A program made the position numbers and the translations under genes. The notes beneath the pieces are model-generated. The model was not told the origin of the DNA, made no database searches, and saw nothing but the letters and a program-made list of their open reading frames with translations. A stretch of DNA of 64,000 nucleotides from Clostridia bacterium (GTDB lineage Bacteria; Bacillota; Clostridia; Oscillospirales; Acutalibacteraceae): NCBI GenBank assembly GCA_022767925.1, contig JALENG010000033.1, positions 16,300 through 80,299 on the forward strand, in the 5' to 3' direction. Shown here piece after piece: positions 60,005-64,000 of this stretch (its first letter is position 1; every line of letters begins with the position of its first letter).

Positions 60005-60044
60005 AAAAGACCGCAGGCACCCCCAAAGGTGTCTGCGGTCTTTT
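60005..60044 (+). terminator. intrinsic terminator after the phosphorylase gene
   Basis: AAAAGACCGCAG..CTGCGGTCTTTT. Confidence 0.8.
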
Positions 60045-60150
60045 GATTGGAGAACATTTTTATAAATACGGGAGTTTTCTCTTTCCTCTGTCAAAAAGAG
60101 ATCCGGTGTGCTATAATAATCCTGCATTTTTTCTTGGAGGAAAATTTCTT

Positions 60151-61032
60151 ATGGTTTTTCCATCATCCTTTTTCTGCCGCATGATTGCCTTTGATTTGGA
60201 CGGTACCCTTCTGCAGCGGCACTCCGTTTTGTCAGAAAAGGCGCGCGCCATGCTGGAGCAGGCCGCCGGGCTAGGGATTCTCCCAGTTCCGGCCACTGGC
60301 CGTATGTTCACGTTTCTGCCGCCCTGCCTGACCGAATTGCCCTTTCTGCGTTATGCGATCACTTCAAATGGCGCGGGGGTCTATGATCTTCTGAGCGGCC
60401 GCTGCCTGTACAACAACCCCATTCCCCCGGACCGGGCCGCTGAACTAGTGCGTTTCTTTATTGCCCGGGATCTGTGGGTGGAGTGCTATATTCAGGGGCA
60501 GGCCTGGATTGACGCGGCTACGTTTGAAAAAGGGCCGGCTTATTATGGTATCCCGGAAAGCAAGCGGCTGTTTGTAACCAAATCCTATCGGATTGAAAAG
60601 GACCTGCCCGCTTTCCTGAAGAAAGAGAAAAAAGCGGTGGAAAAGATTAATCTGCCCTTCCTCCCCTTTTCCCAGCGGACGGAATTATGGGATCGGATGC
60701 GTGCCGCCGGGGATGTCACTCCGGTTTCCTCGGTGGACGACAATATGGAAATCAACCGTCTGGGCTGCCACAAGGGTGATGGCCTGCGCCATCTGTGCGA
60801 GGTACTGAGCATCCCTTTGTCCCAGGTGTTCTCGATGGGAGATAACGGAAACGATATCGAACTGCTGCAGATCGCCGGGCTCTCGGCCGCGATGAAAAAC
60901 GGCACCCCCGAGGCCAAGCGCACCGCTCATCTCGTCACCGATTTCTCTTGCGAAGAGGACGGCGCTGCGGATTGCCTGCAGCAGCTGCTCCAGCAGCAGA
61001 TGACCCGTAAGGGCTCTTACAACCTACCATAA
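60151..61032 (+). CDS. Cof-type HAD-IIB hydrolase
   Basis: FDLDGTLL motif I and GDNGNDIE motif IV. GGAGG lies 9 nt before ATG 60151. Confidence 0.85.
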   Translation: MVFPSSFFCRMIAFDLDGTLLQRHSVLSEKARAMLEQAAGLGILPVPATGRMFTFLPPCLTELPFLRYAITSNGAGVYDLLSGRCLYNNPIPPDRAAELVRFFIARDLWVECYIQGQAWIDAATFEKGPAYYGIPESKRLFVTKSYRIEKDLPAFLKKEKKAVEKINLPFLPFSQRTELWDRMRAAGDVTPVSSVDDNMEINRLGCHKGDGLRHLCEVLSIPLSQVFSMGDNGNDIELLQIAGLSAAMKNGTPEAKRTAHLVTDFSCEEDGAADCLQQLLQQQMTRKGSYNLP

Positions 61033-61047
61033 AGGAGACACATACCC

Positions 61048-62286
61048 TTGAAAACCAAAAAGAATGCCGCCGATTATTCCACCAATCAGGCCTTTCTCCG
61101 CCTGCTTATGTGGGTCATCCCGCTGGAAATTGTCACGAATATCGCCCATCCCTTTACCCCCAAGCTATTCACCTCCCTGCACATGCCGGACTACATGTTC
61201 GGTGTTTCCTTTGCCAGCATGGCACTAGCCTCCTTTCTGTTTGCCCCCTTTTGGGGAAAAACGGCCGACACCCACGGCCGCGCCCGGTGCCTGTGCGTGA
61301 TGTCGCTGGGATATGCTCTGGGCCAGCTGCTGTTTTCTCTCTCTACAACCATATGGGCGCTGGTTCCGGCCCGGTTCCTGGCCGGTTTCTTTGCCTGCGC
61401 CAATCAGGTGTGCAGCATGGCCTATGTCAGTGATATCACCACACCGGATAACCGCGCCAAATATATGTCCTATCTGGCAGCCACCATCACCGTTTCCTGT
61501 GCCACCGGATATTTGCTCGGTGGGGTGCTGGGGGATCTCTCGATTTCTCTCGCTTTCCTTGTTCAGATCATTCTCATGGTTCTGCTGGGACTGGGGATTC
61601 TTCTCTTTCTTCCGGAGAGCTATCAAGCCGATACGGACCGGCAAACACCCTACCAGCCGTTGCAAATTCTGCGGCAAAACAATCCGATACGACTGTTGTC
61701 CGGTTCCGGCAAATTTTTGAATGGGCCCGTCGCGGTCTTTCTTGCGGTAACCTTTTTGGCCAGCTTTGGTACTTATGCCTTTGATCAGGCGTTCAATTAT
61801 TATATCAAGGCGGAATTGGATTTTCCCACCACGTATAACGGTGTGATTAAAGCGAGCGTGGGGTTAATCGGGCTGCTGATGAACGTCACGGTAACGGTGT
61901 GGCTCTCCCATCATACCAACATCCGGCTGAGTGCCGTCGGTATTTTGGCGCTGTGCGGTGTTTTTGCCCTGTCGGTCGCCATGGTGGGCAATCTGAATGG
62001 CTTTTTGGGCTGCTCCATTCTGTACTATTGCATCAATGCCATGTATCTGCCGGTGCTGCAGTCTCTGGCAACCCGCTGCGGCGCCAGAGAAAACAGCTAT
62101 GGAATCCTCGCCGGTATGTTCAACTCCACCCGCAACCTGGGGATGATGGGCGGAGCCCTGTTTGCCGGATTTATCTACATGCTGGGCAGCCGCCTCCCCT
62201 TTGTCTGGACGGCAGTTGTCTTCACCCTTGCCGCCGGTTTTATGGCCATCAACTTTGTCCAGTTCCGCCGCAGGGAAGCCAAATAA
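61048..62286 (+). CDS. MFS transporter
   Basis: 412 aa, about 12 TM segments. WGKTADTHGR loop motif. TTG start after AAGGAG. Confidence 0.85.
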   Translation: MKTKKNAADYSTNQAFLRLLMWVIPLEIVTNIAHPFTPKLFTSLHMPDYMFGVSFASMALASFLFAPFWGKTADTHGRARCLCVMSLGYALGQLLFSLSTTIWALVPARFLAGFFACANQVCSMAYVSDITTPDNRAKYMSYLAATITVSCATGYLLGGVLGDLSISLAFLVQIILMVLLGLGILLFLPESYQADTDRQTPYQPLQILRQNNPIRLLSGSGKFLNGPVAVFLAVTFLASFGTYAFDQAFNYYIKAELDFPTTYNGVIKASVGLIGLLMNVTVTVWLSHHTNIRLSAVGILALCGVFALSVAMVGNLNGFLGCSILYYCINAMYLPVLQSLATRCGARENSYGILAGMFNSTRNLGMMGGALFAGFIYMLGSRLPFVWTAVVFTLAAGFMAINFVQFRRREAK

Positions 62287-62321
62287 TGGGCCGGCAATCC
62301 TTGAATTGCCTGAAATCTTAT

Positions 62322-62356
62322 AAAAGCCGTGGAAGATGCATTTTTCCACGGCTTTT
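62322..62356. terminator. bidirectional terminator
   Basis: AAAAGCCGTGGAA / TTCCACGGCTTTT. Confidence 0.75.
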
Positions 62357-62879
62357 ATCCGTTTCCCCACCAGGAAAAACAAAGACATGCCCCCACAAAT
62401 ACCGCCGCATCTCCCAAAAGCGCTGCGGGAAGGACCCCGCGGTCCGGTTTTTCCCCAATGGCCCCATAATAAACCGATAAGGCATAGAAGGTCGTCTCAC
62501 TGGATCCCATCATCACGCTGGCAATCCAACCCGCAGGGGAATCCGGCCCGCTTTGCTGTAAAATGGAGGAGGTAAGGGCGGTACTGCCCCCTCCGGAGAA
62601 AGGCCGCAGAAGAAAAAGAGGAATTACTTCCCGCGGAATTCCCAGTGACTGGAGAAACGGGGCCAGCATCGCGGTCCCCAGATCGAACAGCCCCGATACC
62701 CGACACATTTCCACAGCCGTCAGCAGCCCGATGAGGGTGGGAAGAATTCGCACACACGTCTGCATTCCCTCACGGGCTCCCTCCAGAAAGGCATCGAACA
62801 CCGGTATCCCTTTGATGATCGCCCCCAGAAGGATCAACGCCATAAACCCCGGCATCACCCATGAACCGATTTGCTCCAT
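62355..62879 (-). CDS. spmB: spore maturation protein B (nucleoside-recognition domain)
   Basis: 174 aa starting MEQIGSWVMPGF. TAATG junction with spmA. The upstream part of the 405-aa ORF is a different-frame overlap of spmA. Confidence 0.8.
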   Translation of the reverse strand: MEQIGSWVMPGFMALILLGAIIKGIPVFDAFLEGAREGMQTCVRILPTLIGLLTAVEMCRVSGLFDLGTAMLAPFLQSLGIPREVIPLFLLRPFSGGGSTALTSSILQQSGPDSPAGWIASVMMGSSETTFYALSVYYGAIGEKPDRGVLPAALLGDAAVFVGACLCFSWWGNG

Positions 62880-63460
62880 TATCCCTTTCTTCCTTTCTGT
62901 ATCAACCAAAGGGCCAGGCAGGCTGTGCACAGGGAAAAGAGGGTGGTCACCCATACCCCCGGCAGAATGCCGGCCGGATTTTTCGATCCCGCCGCCTGGC
63001 GGAGAAAAAGAACAGTGGTGGGGATGATCTGCACAGAGGCCGTGTTCAAAACAACAAACCGTGCCCTTGACCGGCACAGCCGTGTATTCTCCCCCTCTTT
63101 CGGGCTGCTGCGCATCCTTTGCATCGCCTGCAGGCCAAAGGGGGTAGCCGCATTGCCCATCCCCAACAGATTCGCAATCAAATTCATCGAAACTGCCTGC
63201 ATCCCCTTTTCCCCAATTCCCGTCAGAAAGCGGGAGAGGATGGGGCGTACCCCCTGCGCGAGCTTTCGGGTCAGCCCGCTTTGCCGTGCCACTTCCAGCA
63301 GTCCGCTCCACAGTGCCATTCCTCCCAGCAGCTGCAGGCTGAGGGTTACCGCCTGGGCGGCGCCGTTCATCATTCCACTCCCCACTTCTTCGATCCGGCC
63401 GGTTATCCCCGCACAGAGGACCGCTGCCAAAATCAGAAGGGGCCATATCCGGTTCATCAT
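62879..63460 (-). CDS. spmA: spore maturation protein A (nucleoside-recognition domain)
   Basis: 193 aa. MMNRIWPLLIL..NLLGMGNAATPFGL. Confidence 0.82.
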   Translation of the reverse strand: MMNRIWPLLILAAVLCAGITGRIEEVGSGMMNGAAQAVTLSLQLLGGMALWSGLLEVARQSGLTRKLAQGVRPILSRFLTGIGEKGMQAVSMNLIANLLGMGNAATPFGLQAMQRMRSSPKEGENTRLCRSRARFVVLNTASVQIIPTTVLFLRQAAGSKNPAGILPGVWVTTLFSLCTACLALWLIQKGRKG

Positions 63461-63610
63461 TTTTCTCCCTCCCCCCTTTACCTATATGTGTTTTTTTCTC
63501 ATTCCATTCGTGTGACATTCCTTCCCCCAATATTGACTTTTTTCGACAAAACGGGTATCCTGTGAAGAACAACTTTACTAAATAAAGTAGGATAAAGGAA
63601 GAGAAAAATT

Positions 63611-63862
63611 ATGAAAGCAACCGGTATTGTCCGCCCGATTGATCCGCTGGGACGCATTGTTCTGCCCAAAGAGCTGCGCAATCACCTTCACATTAAAGAG
63701 CGGGATTCCCTGGAAATCTTTATGGATGGAGAAAACATTGTTTTGAAGAAGTACGAACCCTGCTGCATGTTTTGCCAGAGCATGGACCATCTGGTTTCTT
63801 TCCATGGAAAGCAGGTATGTGCCGCCTGTATCCGCGAATTGGGAAATTTGCCGGAGAAATAA
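63611..63862 (+). CDS. AbrB/SpoVT-family DNA-binding protein with a Cys4 C-terminal tail
   Basis: ATGIVRPIDPLGRIVLPKELR swapped-hairpin domain. The tail reads CCMFC..(14)..CAAC. Confidence 0.85.
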   Translation: MKATGIVRPIDPLGRIVLPKELRNHLHIKERDSLEIFMDGENIVLKKYEPCCMFCQSMDHLVSFHGKQVCAACIRELGNLPEK

Positions 63863-63893
63863 GAGGAAAACAAATTTCCTCCCCGTCGAGTCA

Positions 63894-63922
63894 TTGATTT
63901 TCTTCCCTTTTTATGGTATACT
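63894..63922 (+). promoter_or_regulatory. promoter of the tRNA gene
   Basis: TTGATT, 17-nt spacer, TATACT, with TGg immediately upstream of the -10. Confidence 0.5.
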
Positions 63923-63941
63923 CTGTCTTGCCACTGAATAA

Positions 63942-64000
63942 GCCGGTGTGGCGGAATTGGCAGACGCAAGGGACTTAAAATCCCTCGATGGCGACATCGT
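63942..64000 (+). tRNA. tRNA-Leu (anticodon UAA), truncated by the window end
   Basis: GCCGGTG acceptor stem, GCGGAATTGGCAGACGC D-arm, AGGGA-CTTAAAA-TCCCT anticodon arm, and the start of a long variable arm. Confidence 0.85.

Noticed and set aside
62880-63572. The N-terminal 231 aa of the 405-aa minus-strand ORF.
   Set aside because: This part overlaps spmA in another frame and is P/G/R-rich nonsense. The real SpmB begins at the ATG of the TAATG junction (62879).

Overview
Mostly core-genome DNA from a spore-forming Firmicute of the class Clostridia. Spot counts put housekeeping genes at roughly 55-57% GC. Gene order on the + strand: AsnC regulator, aminotransferase, DUF362/ferredoxin, ispE, spoIIR, addB-addA, infC-rpmI-rplT (with L20-type leader), trmH-like, dprA, topA-trmFO-plsX-rnc-radical SAM (each junction overlaps by 4 nt), smc-ftsY-rdgB-yhbY-nadD-yqeK-rsfS-leuS. 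A minus-strand asd-dapA-dapB-ACT operon follows, then queA-tgt-yajC. Next come sporulation, envelope and membrane genes: SpoIIM-like, DUF624, polysaccharide deacetylase, lipoprotein. After a lower-GC islet come an HlyD/FtsX pair, radA, a cwlD-like amidase, metF with a split metH, a two-domain PPK2, GH94 cellobiose phosphorylase, a HAD hydrolase, an MFS transporter, spmA/spmB, an AbrB-like regulator and a truncated tRNA-Leu(UAA). Three things deserve a second look. (1) A 48-aa six-cysteine peptide gene at 37648-37794 is missing from the ORF track. It sits in front of a radical SAM/SPASM maturase, making a SCIFF-type RiPP pair; this family is known bioinformatically but its physiological role is unresolved. 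(2) The lower-GC islet (about 43.4-47.2 kb) carries an ADP-ribosylglycohydrolase translationally coupled to an unknown 170-aa protein. Beside it is a tyrosine recombinase whose upstream region holds a near-perfect 36-bp palindrome. (3) The asd operon has a promoter-plus-terminator leader that does not look like an L-box or a T-box. No CRISPR array, rRNA, transposase or prophage structural genes were seen. All coordinates and motifs were read by eye, and no database searches were run.
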